The notes beneath the pieces were generated by a model. That model was not told where the DNA came from. It ran no database searches and was given only the letters and a program-made list of their open reading frames with translations. Below are positions 52,202-63,200 of a stretch of DNA of 64,000 bases, one piece after another. Location of the stretch: assembly GCA_964247055.1 (NCBI GenBank), contig OZ176052.1:806001-870000 (forward strand), read 5' to 3'. Position 1 is the stretch's first letter, and each line of letters opens with the position of its first letter. A program made the position numbers and the translations under genes. This DNA comes from Paragordius varius. Taxonomy: Eukaryota; Animalia; Nematomorpha.

Positions 52202-55200
52202 CACAGTGTGCAAAATTGGGGGTATTTATTTTCTCAGGATATAATATTAAGCTTAATATGACCGTTGTGACATAGACATCCTAAAAATATAAGGATAAAA
52301 AAAATTGTCAATGTAGAAAATTTTTTTTTCACTTTTACCATATATGGATATATTCGGAAAAAATCAATTTATTTGCATAATACTTGATCAAAAATTATAA
52401 AACTTATATATAATATAAATAATATTAAATAAATATTATTTGCAAATTTTGGGTCAATATGAATGGATAGATTTAAAATAAACGTCAATTTATTAAATCC
52501 AACTAAATTTAGCCCTTTATATTAGTAACATAAAAAATACTTGATGAAAATCAATATAATATGCGCCAAAATTTAAGTTTAACTTTATATGTTAATATAA
52601 ATATTACTTATATATAATAAAAATTAGGTTTTAACTAAGTTAAAAATTTTTGAAATTTTTTATTTTACTAAAATAAAATTAAATTTTTTTAATATCAACT
52701 GTAATATAATCATGTCTGGTGATTATAAATATAACCATATGGATTTTTTTACCTGGATTTTTGAATTGTAGATGATATTGACTGTTGCTTTACCCTGATA
52801 TGATGGTATATTTTATAATAATTATAGATAAATATATTTGGAATTTAGATATAACATTGAAAAACCAATGTAATCCATTGTGAAAATCATATTTTAAAGA
52901 CAAACTTGCTAATCACAAGCAAACATCCACCAGAAAATTATATTTTGATACATTATGTTCATTGTGTAATAAATTAATATATTTAATTTTTTTAATATAA
53001 AATTGTTTACTTGTTTTTATACGAATGTGGGCAAGGTCCATCCAAAGATTTCTATTAGTTTTAATGTTGAGTTCTGCCAAAGAATTGGTTTCTCTTAAAT
53101 TACCCATTCTAATTTAAATAAAACTCCTCCATAGATTGCTATTTTTTGTTATGTTGAGTTATGCCAGTATTCAGGCACATAATTATTTTAGGTTCATTTG
53201 CTTCTTAAGCCATCGCAAACAACCTATCCTACTTCGGGTATATGAAATTCAACTCGTTGAAAAAGTTCTTGATATTGAGAAAGTCTTTTTGCCAAAATAT
53301 TAATAACATGAAATACCCGATTAAAATAGTTTATAAAATGATTATCAACACCTTTTAAAAGATTTAAATATAAGAATTTGAAGAAATGGTATTCAAAAAA
53401 AAATTAAAAGGGCTGCAAAATCTTGTCTCATGAACCGTGCAACATACTATAACTATAAAAACTTGGATCTGGATGGATGGATCTCTGTTGTCAAGGGGTC
53501 CCTTGGCATCCCGTCGTGACGGGGTTTAGGTGTTTGATCATTGCATTGAAGGATTTTTTGTTTAACCAGTCCCCGGCTTTTATGTTTTTGGACTGTAGGT
53601 CTTGGGTAATGTTTTTGTCCCATGTTATTGCTGGTCGACCAACTCTGTTTTGTTTGTTTGGCTTAAGGTTTGTTATATTTTTAATCCAATTTTCGTTATC
53701 TAATCTTTGAATGTGACCGTAATAGCCAAGTCTACGGATTTGAATATATTTTGAGATTGGTAGGATTTGTTTATCATGAGAGATTGTTCGCTTAAATGTA
53801 TTTATCATTCTTTGTTCCATATTATCCAGCATATTTTCCTGAGTTTTACTTATTTGCCATGTTTCGCAAGCATAAGTTATAGTGGGTCTAACGCCAATTA
53901 GGTATATTTTGTTTTTTGTTTTTCTAGATATGTGTTTATTGGTAAATATGTATTTATATTGGTTGTATCTACCCCAACCAATTCTTATACGATTTTTGAT
54001 GGCTTCAGATGAACCTCCTTGAGCGGAAATGGTATCGCCAAGGTAGGTAAACTTTTGTACTTTTTGAATTTCGCTGTCACCTATTTTAAGGTAGGTTTCA
54101 GCTTCTATGGGTGGAATATATTGTTTGGATAGAGTACATGGGGGGCATATATAATTATTATTATTTTTTAAAGTTCCCTTTAATCCCGAACATGGTTTGT
54201 GTAACCAGTATTGACACTTAGTGCATTGGATGGAGTTTAGACCTACATTTTTTAGGCATGCGCGGCATGGGTATTTGATTTGATCGGTCCTTTTGTCGCC
54301 TGTTATCATAACCTTAGTTTTTTGAATGTTGATTGTGAGACCATGTCGCTCAAGGCAGGTTTTCCAGAGTTTGAACTTTTGACTGAGTTCGTTTAGATTT
54401 TCTGACGTTAACAATAAATCATCAGCGTAGATGAGCTCCCAAGGAAGACCAGTACGGATCTCATCACTGATGGTGTCTATTATTATGGTGAATAGAAGGG
54501 GGCTAAGAACAGAACCTTGGTGTAGTCCTGTTGTGATGTGGAATGGAATTGTGTACCCGAAATGTGTGTTAACACAGGTTTTACTGTTATCATATAATAA
54601 CTTTATTGCATCTATGATCCATTTGTCTACTCCTTTTTTTTGAAGACACCAGAAAATGAGCGTTCGAGGGATTTTATCGAACGCTTTCTCCATGTCAATA
54701 AATAGATGGTATAATTGGCTTCCTTTAGAAAGATAGTTTTCTTGAAGGCGCCTTAATATGAATATGGGGTCTGTTGTGCTGCAGCCTTGACGGAAGGCAA
54801 ACTGCATGTTGTCAATATTAACTATGTCCCTTATTTTCTGAGCTAAAATTGATTCAAAAACTTTCATAGTATGTTCTAGTAGTTTAATTGGACGATATGA
54901 CGCGCAATTAAGTTTATTTCCTTTATTTTTGTAGATTGGAATGGTTATACTATTTTGCCAATCGGATGGGATCTTATTCTCGATTATTATTTTGTTGAAA
55001 AGGGTTGTTAAAATGGGACTTTTAAACTTTATACTTTTCAATAAGTCAGCTGAGAGTTCAGACGGTCCTGCCGCTTTATTGTTTTTCATTTTTTTTAATG
55101 CGTTTTCTATGTCGATTTCATTAATGAGTGGTGTGGGGCCAATGTTAAAAGGTAATGTTGGCAGTTCGTCGACGTGATTTGATTCATTTAAAACTCCCTT

Positions 55201-57300
55201 CATATATTCAAGCCAAGTTAGTTTCACGTCTTCAGGTGTGGTCATAGTTGTACCGTCTTTATCATTAATATATTTATTGGTTGGTATATCTTGCTTATTT
55301 TGTATTCTATTTTTTACTTTTCTAAATATTCTCGAATTGGATGTATCTCTTTCAATTTCATCAGCTATTTCTCTGCTCCTCTTGTTCTTTTGGACATCAA
55401 TCAACTTATTGACATATTTTTTATGATTTAAATAAGCTAACTTATCTTTATCGAGGCCTGATTTTTTCCATTTTTTAAACAAATCGAATTTTTTCGATGT
55501 GTGACTTTTTATTTCATTCGACCACCACCATTTCTTTTGTGGCCTACCGCCATACTTTTTTCTGCCGCAAACTTTAAGTGCAGTCTTTACTGCCCCGTTT
55601 TTCAAGGTGGTCCATATATTTTCAACACTCATATTTTCATCTATAGCTATATTGGCTGTCTCATTTTGAAAGAGGTTCATCTTTTCTGGTTTGGAGAGGG
55701 CATTACTATTTATTTTAGCTTTTAAGACTATATTTTTATTGTTATTACTATTTATCTGTAGTTCTGCTACTATCAAAGAATGTTGTGTTTCACATGCATA
55801 AGTCTTTATGTTCCTTATATAATAGCGGTATTTTTGATTGATTAGGACGTAATCAATCATTGATTCATTATCATTGCTACGATAGGTGATTAAAGCCTTA
55901 TTTGGTTTTGTAAAGAAAGTGTTAGATACAACTAAATTTAAGGAATTGCAAAAATCAAGTATTGTTTCTCCTTCATCATCTCTAAAGCCAAAACCATAAT
56001 TACCATGAACATTTTCATAATCATCGTTTTTTGCTCCAACATGTCCATTTAAATCGCCACCAATTAGCAGAATATCATTTGGTGGTATCTCATTGCATAT
56101 ATTGAATAACCTTGCAGACATTTATATTAAAAATAAGAATGACATAAAATTTAATTGATAATTCAGGGCCATAAATAAGCTTTTAGAGCCCAAGTTTTGG
56201 TAAAACTGATGTATACTTCGTTAACACTTTCTTTTGCCATAAACCGTTTTTTAAAAAATCATTCAAGAAAAAACTGGCCGTATTCAGAAGATTTTTTTAA
56301 ATTTTACATTTCTAAATGAACCTAAAATAATTATGTGCCTGAATACTGGCATAACTCAACATAACAAAAAATAGCAATCTATGGAGGAGTTTTATTTAAA
56401 TTAGAATGGGTAATTTAAGAGAAACCAATTCTTTGGCAGAACTCAACATTAAAACTAATAGAAATCTTTGGATGGACCTTGCCCACATTCGTATAAAAAC
56501 AAGTAAACAATTTTATATTAAAAAAATTAAATATATTAATTTATTACACAATGAACATAATGTATCAAAATATAATTTTCTGGTGGATGTTTGCTTGTGA
56601 TTAGCAAGTTTGTCTTTAAAATATGATTTTCACAATGGATTACATTGGTTTTTCAATGTTATATCTAAATTCCAAATATATTTATCTATAATTATTATAA
56701 AATATACCATCATATCAGGGTAAAGCAACAGTCAATATCATCTACAATTCAAAAATCCAGGTAAAAAAATCCATATGGTTATATTTATAATCACCAGACA
56801 TGATTATATTACAGTTGATATTAAAAAAATTTAATTTTATTTTAGTAAAATAAAAAATTTCAAAAATTTTTAACTTAGTTAAAACCTAATTTTTATTATA
56901 TATAAGTAATATTTATATTAACATATAAAGTTAAACTTAAATTTTGGCGCATATTATATTGATTTTCATCAAGTATTTTTTATGTTACTAATATAAAGGG
57001 CTAAATTTAGTTGGATTTAATAAATTGACGTTTATTTTAAATCTATCCATTCATATTGAGCCAAAATTTGCAAATAATAATTATTTAATATTATTTATAT
57101 TATATATAAGTTTTATAATTTTTGATCAAGTATTATGCAAATAAATTGATTTTTTCCGAATATATCCATATATGGAAAAAGTGAAAAAAAAATTTTCTAC
57201 ATTGACAATTTTTTTTATCCTTATATTTTTGAGATATATATGTCACAAGGGTTATATTAAGCTAGGTATGATATCTTGAGTAAATTTGTTGCACACTGTG
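52202..57300. mobile_element. 5.1-kb foldback-type TIR element with ~1-kb inverted arms (CAC...GTG ends, TTA target duplication)
   Basis: Arms 52202-53199 and 56314-57300 are reverse complements (identical 64-aa ORFs at 52913-53107 minus and 56406-56600 plus). Termini CACAGTGTGCAA / TTGCACACTGTG, flanked by TTA (52199-52201, 57301-57303). Empty site GAGGCTATTATG in copy A near 47895. CAC ends with a 3-bp TWA target suggest the CMC (CACTA/Chapaev3) group (inference). Confidence 0.88.
53464..56121 (-). mobile_element. RTE-clade LINE, 5'-truncated in the endonuclease, with an uninterrupted 876-aa ORF
   Basis: ORF 53491-56121: C-terminal half of the APE endonuclease (GDLNGH, SMIDY, QHSLI), RT (YRPIKLL, DMEKAFD, GLHQGSVLSPLLF, YADD), PHD-like CRAC..CTKC..WLHKPC..CPPC, then FTYLG and RLGYYGH. 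Short (ATCC)n tail at 53464-53482. Confidence 0.95.
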
Positions 57301-58187
57301 TTATACTGGGGATTTACTATATATGATTTATAAATATATAGATATTTTTGTTTACTTACAATAAAATATTAAAATATTTCATAGAGTGATATTTTAACTT
57401 CATCTTAGCCGGTATATTTTTGAAAAAGACATTCAATTACTCTAAAAGTAACTTAAATATTTAAACATGTGACAACGCAATAATAAGTCTAAATTTTTAA
57501 AGCCAAGATTGAAATAAAATAATTAAGAAATTGCAAGATATATTGTCATTTTTGATACAAATTAGAATAATTGACGATAAGGTACCCTAAGGCTGTATTA
57601 TGTAATCATTTTAAGCATGTATTTGAGAAATTTTAAGCTATTAAAATATAAATAAGATTCAATAAAAAATATTTCGAAGGTGAGAACTTGAATTTTAATA
57701 ATAAAACGAATTGCAAAAATGTCTTATATCTATTTCATTTTGGTAAAGAAATTGGCTATTTAATTTAAAAATACCACATTATAGTAATTAGTTTATTTGG
57801 CTCAGATAATATAAACAAATATAGATGAAGTAAAAAAAATTAATGCTTTAATTTTCTTTTTTGTTTCCAAATAATAAACAAACAATGAAAGAAGCCTTCT
57901 AAACAGCAAATTGTATTTTATGCTTTTTTCGTGTTGTGAAACATATAAAATTATGATAAGTATTCTTGTGTAATATATGCGCACTCTATATTTTAATACA
58001 AAAATATAAATATGCGATTTTATAGGTCTTCCTAGTAAAATTATTTAAAATTAATAAATTTACATTGCATCGACCAAATAATTTACAGTTTAAGAAATAT
58101 ATTACCAAAAAAATAATTGCATAATAATTTAGAGCCTAACATAAGGGTAAAAAATTAATTTATATTTAAACACCCTTTTTTTGAAAG

Positions 58188-58350
58188 GCACTTACCTGGC
58201 GCGAGGGCGAGGCTCGATCAAGAAGGAGCTCCCCTTAGTTTGAGACTTGGCCATTGCACCTCGGTCAAGTTGAAGGCTACGATTGCCCCAAATAGGGGCA
58301 AGCCGAGCGCATAATTTCTGGTTGCTAGACTCTGCGTACGCGCAGAGTCT
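58188..58350 (+). ncRNA. U1: U1 spliceosomal snRNA
   Basis: 5' ACTTACCTGG donor-pairing arm (58190), stem-loop I with loop GATCAAGAAG (U1-70K site), stem-loop II ATTGCAC (U1A site), Sm site AATTTCTG, terminal hairpin GACTCTGCG/CGCAGAGTC; about 163 nt. Confidence 0.96.
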
Positions 58351-60289
58351 TTATATTACGAAAAAATAAATTAGTTTTTTAATTTATGGCTCTGATTTTC
58401 AAGTCTAGTTTAAAAGTTCTGATTAAAATACCGTTAGTAATAGGGTTAGGCTATGAAAAATCGTAAATAATAACCCAGAACTCATATATTTTTTAATTTC
58501 GTGTTAAAATCTTATAAATAAAATTTTAAAGAATTAATAAGATATCCGGTTTCTGAATGATTTAAAGTTTATGTTAAATATAGAAAATAGGTTAAAAATA
58601 ATAAAACAGATGAATGTTACATGATTTGATTGATAAATGTTAAAAAGGACGAACTTGAAGTGTTCAAGGGCAATTTTGATGTGCAAATGGTATTATAATT
58701 ATAATTGTGACCAAGTTAGTTTATATAAATAAACGACTTAAACCTTAAATTTAAAATTATCCTGATTTTGTCAATAAAGTAAAGTAATTAATATTAATGG
58801 TATATTTGACTTTTTATATGATGAGACATTGTTAACATTTGTAATTTAGTTTCTTATATAAATTTAAAATAGGCATTTGTCGATTTATTATGTAATTTAA
58901 ATTTTTACTATACTACTCTGTGTAAAAAGCTGATCAATAATTGTTAAGCGTGTGAATGACAACAATATAAATATAAAAGTAATTTAAATATAATCTCAAA
59001 TATATTCATTTATTTATTTACAAGATATTCCTTCCTTAACCCAAAGTAATAACACCTCTTTTTAAGGTCGTTTTACGGGCGAAATATTTTGTTCATAAAA
59101 GTCTTTTGCACAAAGCTATGCAATAAAATTTAGGGAAATGCCTTGTATAAAGACTACGTTACCACAATTTTCCTCGGATTGTCTGGAAAAGTGAATCTAA
59201 AAAACAAAAAGGTTAACAAAATTTTGTGCATTTAAAACTGGCGTTTTAGTTTGATGCAGCATAATAGCTTTTAATTCAATCATCTCACACATGATAATTA
59301 ATGTGGAATTTTTGTCGACATAAATTTTATTCCATTGTAAAAATTTCAAAAAAATTTGCTTGATGAAAATAAAAATATATAAAATCTGTAAAAAACCTTG
59401 TATTATCTATGTCCATATATAACGTAAAAATACAGAGTTTTCTTATTCAAAAACAATATGCTAAAAAAATTAAATAAGCAAAAAATTTGAAGACTGTTAA
59501 AAAAACCATTTTTTATTAATACCGATTAATATAATAATTAAATTTTTCCGCCACAAAAAACAGTTGCAGTTTCGTTGATTGTTTGTTTAAACCAAAAATA
59601 AAACAACAGTAAAACTTGAAATTACACGGACAAAACGCAAAAATATAAAGACAAATATTTCTTCTAAAAAACAACCCTATTTTTTCAAACCTTTAATGAT
59701 ATTAATGAATTTATTAACAATTTACATATCTAATCTCTCCAAAACAATAAGAAATATTGGAATAAATTAATTTCAAAAAATATGATTGTCTTTTAGAAAA
59801 AAATATTGCCTTGTCCGTATAATTTCAATTTTTACTGTAATATATGCCCCTTTAAAATTCAAAAAAAATTTGTTGCAAATGTATTGCTATTTCCAACGTT
59901 TTTTTATAATTAACCATTTCAAACTTAGGTTCACTAAACGAATGCTACACAAATTTCGAATAAAAAATCATAAATAAAATTACAATATTAGTTAAAATAT
60001 AAATATAAGTTTATAGCGCCCTAATATAAAAATGTGTTAATAAACATTAAACATATTTTTGAATCAAGCCAGATATTTTGGGGGAAAAACATGTATTAAA
60101 TTGTTTTTATTACCAAAGAAGTTTCATAATGTAAGGTTAATTAACATCTAAATTAAAATATAAAAAAAATAGGTAAAAAAAGTTTCCAAGAAAAACATAT
60201 ATTTCGTAAAGCAATCTTATCTTTTATCCACAAAAAATCGGTTTCATTGATTAAATTTTTACGGTAATAACTTAGAATATATCGAAATT

Positions 60290-63200
60290 TCATACTTTAG
60301 CATATGTATCAACATATTCCTTTAAACTTTGAAGCACAATCTTCTTGGGTTTAGAAATATGCTCTATTGTACTGCTATTTTTATCAAAAGTTTCTTTATC
60401 TGTGTCGTAATAATGCTTATATTTTTGTTTAAACTCCGCAAAATTTTGAATATGTATGTAAGCTATACACATAGATCGACATGTATGTCCCCACAAAATT
60501 TCACATTCATTTGGAGGTCCATTGCTTGATTAACGAATAATTTATAACAGTAAAAATTGAAATTAGAAAGACAAAGTGTAATTAAAGGCAATCAAGTTTT
60601 TATATACCTTGATTTTTTTATAAAATAAATGAAGAGAAATGTAATTGTAACATACAATATTATATACTTCGAATTTATAACCATAAAATAGACAGTCTTT
60701 ATACAAAAAGTACGACAATCTTTATAAACAAAATATATATCCTTGATTTTTTACGTTTTCTCATAATAATCTAATTCTTAATATAAGGAAGGCATTTTAA
60801 ACAGTATATTTCGTTTTTTATCAGACAAAAACTTATTAAACCTATATGCAAAATATTGTAAATTATTAATACTTTTGTTCAGTTCCTGGACTCCCAATAA
60901 CAGCAAGCACGCCTGCCATTTTACGTGAAATTTGAATGCTGGGATGTTTCAATATAGGATCGTCTTGATAAAAAAATATATTAATATATTAAAAACGGCT
61001 TCGCGGGTCGCATTCAAATGGGCACTAACAAGTATTTTAAGAAATTTTAAACATAGTACTGGGAAAACTACTAATTATTTTAAGAAATTTTTTTAATTCA
61101 TTTTAGTCCAAATTCGGAAAAACCCATGTTAGAAAGTTGGTTTTTTAAGAAAATCATTTTTTTATTAGATTTTAGAAAATTTTGTGTTTGTATAAAAAAG
61201 CATTCCTTGGATTATAAGATAGTTGTTGTATGATATAACATATATATCTAAAAAATATTAATGATTCCTTTTTCCATATATTGGAAATTACTAATAACAA
61301 AACGAATCTATTTAAAACAGTAAAAATAAACATTATACAAACGTAACATCAACCTCTCCTCCATAATTTGTCAAAAAAAATCATAATAAATGTAATTTTA
61401 AATGATTTTATATAAAAAATGACAATTGTAAGCAAAATTATTTTTTTAAAAAATTTTAGGATGAAACAATTCAAATTTTTCTTGCGCCCTTAAATTTTGA
61501 ATTTTTACATAGAAATATAAACCCAAGTATTCTTGAAGGACATTAGATAAAATTTGCGAAGCCGGAATGTTATCATAATTTTGAGCAATTGAATCGGTTA
61601 CACGTTTTGCCAGTAAGTTTCGAATCAGCTGTTCACCACAACCTAAAATATGTATAAAAAACGGTTAGTAAAACAGATAATTTCATATTATTTAGATATC
61701 TTCCCTAGAAAATTGTATATAAAACCATATTTTAATAAAAGATTTTTATACTATATAAAAATATCTAACATTAATGATATTAAATTTATGATATTGGTCA
61801 TATAAAATGCAGAAAAGATTCGCATTGGCAGAAAATTATAAGATTTACCCACTCCAGATTCAATTAAATTAAATCTGAAGTCTTAAACCATCACAAGATA
61901 TGCATTTACAATTCATATTCACCCTTGAACACTTCAAATTCATCCTAAAAATAAATTTTGTTTTTTGGGCTAATATAACTAATTATAAATAATGAAATAT
62001 ATTTTTATGGCTTATTTTAATATTTTTTCAGTATTATTTTAATTTTAAACAAATTTCATTTTTTAAATATAAAAAAATATATAGGTAATTTTTAAGCTTA
62101 AAAAACACATAATTTATTTTAGGGTGAATTTGAATAGTTCGAGGGTGAATTTTAATTGTTTAAGGCTAAATTTGAATTGTTAAAGGGGGAATTTGAAGTG
62201 TAAATGGTATCTATTAAATTTAAATATTGAGATATCTTCGATTACATATACATAAAGTTTAAAAAAAATCGTTTCAATTTTTATTTTTTTAATTCATTTT
62301 TAATATTCTGATAAAAAAAATATATATCTAAAACTAAAATAGCTTTTTAAAAATTCTATCAATCCTTATAATGTCAGTTTTTCTCAAACTTATCATCAAA
62401 AATCAAAAAAAATTTTTTGAAAATGAAAAAAACTATAAAATTTTGAGTTACCTGTAGTTGAAACAGCTATCCCAAAGTTAGATGGATTTAAAATAACCGT
62501 TGTTTTCAACCTTTTTCTATTAGGTTGAGTATTGGATTTGTTTCGATTTTTAATTTGGTTTGAGGAATTTACAGTATTTTGGGCCCAGCAACCGCAGCCA
62601 TACATTGCTGCCTGTAGAAAGCGCATTTATAATTATTTCTCCGATATAAATACCAGTAAAATGATTTTAAAAGTTTGACATATAATTCGTTTACCACATG
62701 AGAAAAGCGAAGTAATAACTTTTAAAAAGTAATAAAAACTTTCATAAAGCGTAAACTTAAGAAATTCAATTTTTTCAAAAAAGTTTCCGATTTTTAGTGC
62801 CTTTTATTCTTGTAAAGCCTAATCTTTTAATTAATTCGTAAAAATGATGAGTATAATTTACCAATCTTTATAAAAAAAACTTAATTAAACTTTTAAATCT
62901 TTTTATTTCAAAATAACCCAAAAAATATATCTAAAAATATTATAAATATAATTTTATACATGACCAACCCGACCCTGAGATTTTAAAATGGAACCACCAG
63001 ATGAGACTCCAGCAAAATAATTTCCGTTCTGATCTATGCAAACAGCTCCAACTGTACCAATATTCAGGTCTAATAAATATAAATACTTTTTGAAAATAAA
63101 TTTTGTGTTTTAATTAGGACTTGATTTCCCAAAAGCGTATCGATGATATTTAACCATAATATATATGCATTCTGTGGCCCTTTAAGCGCATTATTAGGAA

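Larger units (their letters stand above)
49836..58194 (+). repeat. Segmental duplicate, copy B, of the U1 upstream region, interrupted by ~1 kb of MITE sequence and the 5.1-kb foldback element
   Basis: Matches copy A at 49836-50285, 51365-52201 and 57301-58194. Confidence 0.85.

Noticed and set aside
52913-53107. Identical 64-aa ORF on both arms as a real gene
   Set aside because: The identity follows from the inverted repeat; no family recognised.
52202-57300. DIRS- or Penelope-type retroelement with inverted terminal repeats
   Set aside because: The RT is RTE-clade with an APE remnant and its own tandem-repeat tail; there is no tyrosine recombinase or GIY-YIG domain, and the outer ends have DNA-transposon features.
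39530-58350. Functional clustering of SRRT (snRNA 3' processing) with the U1 gene
   Set aside because: They are 19 kb apart with unrelated genes and repeats between; no evidence beyond coincidence.
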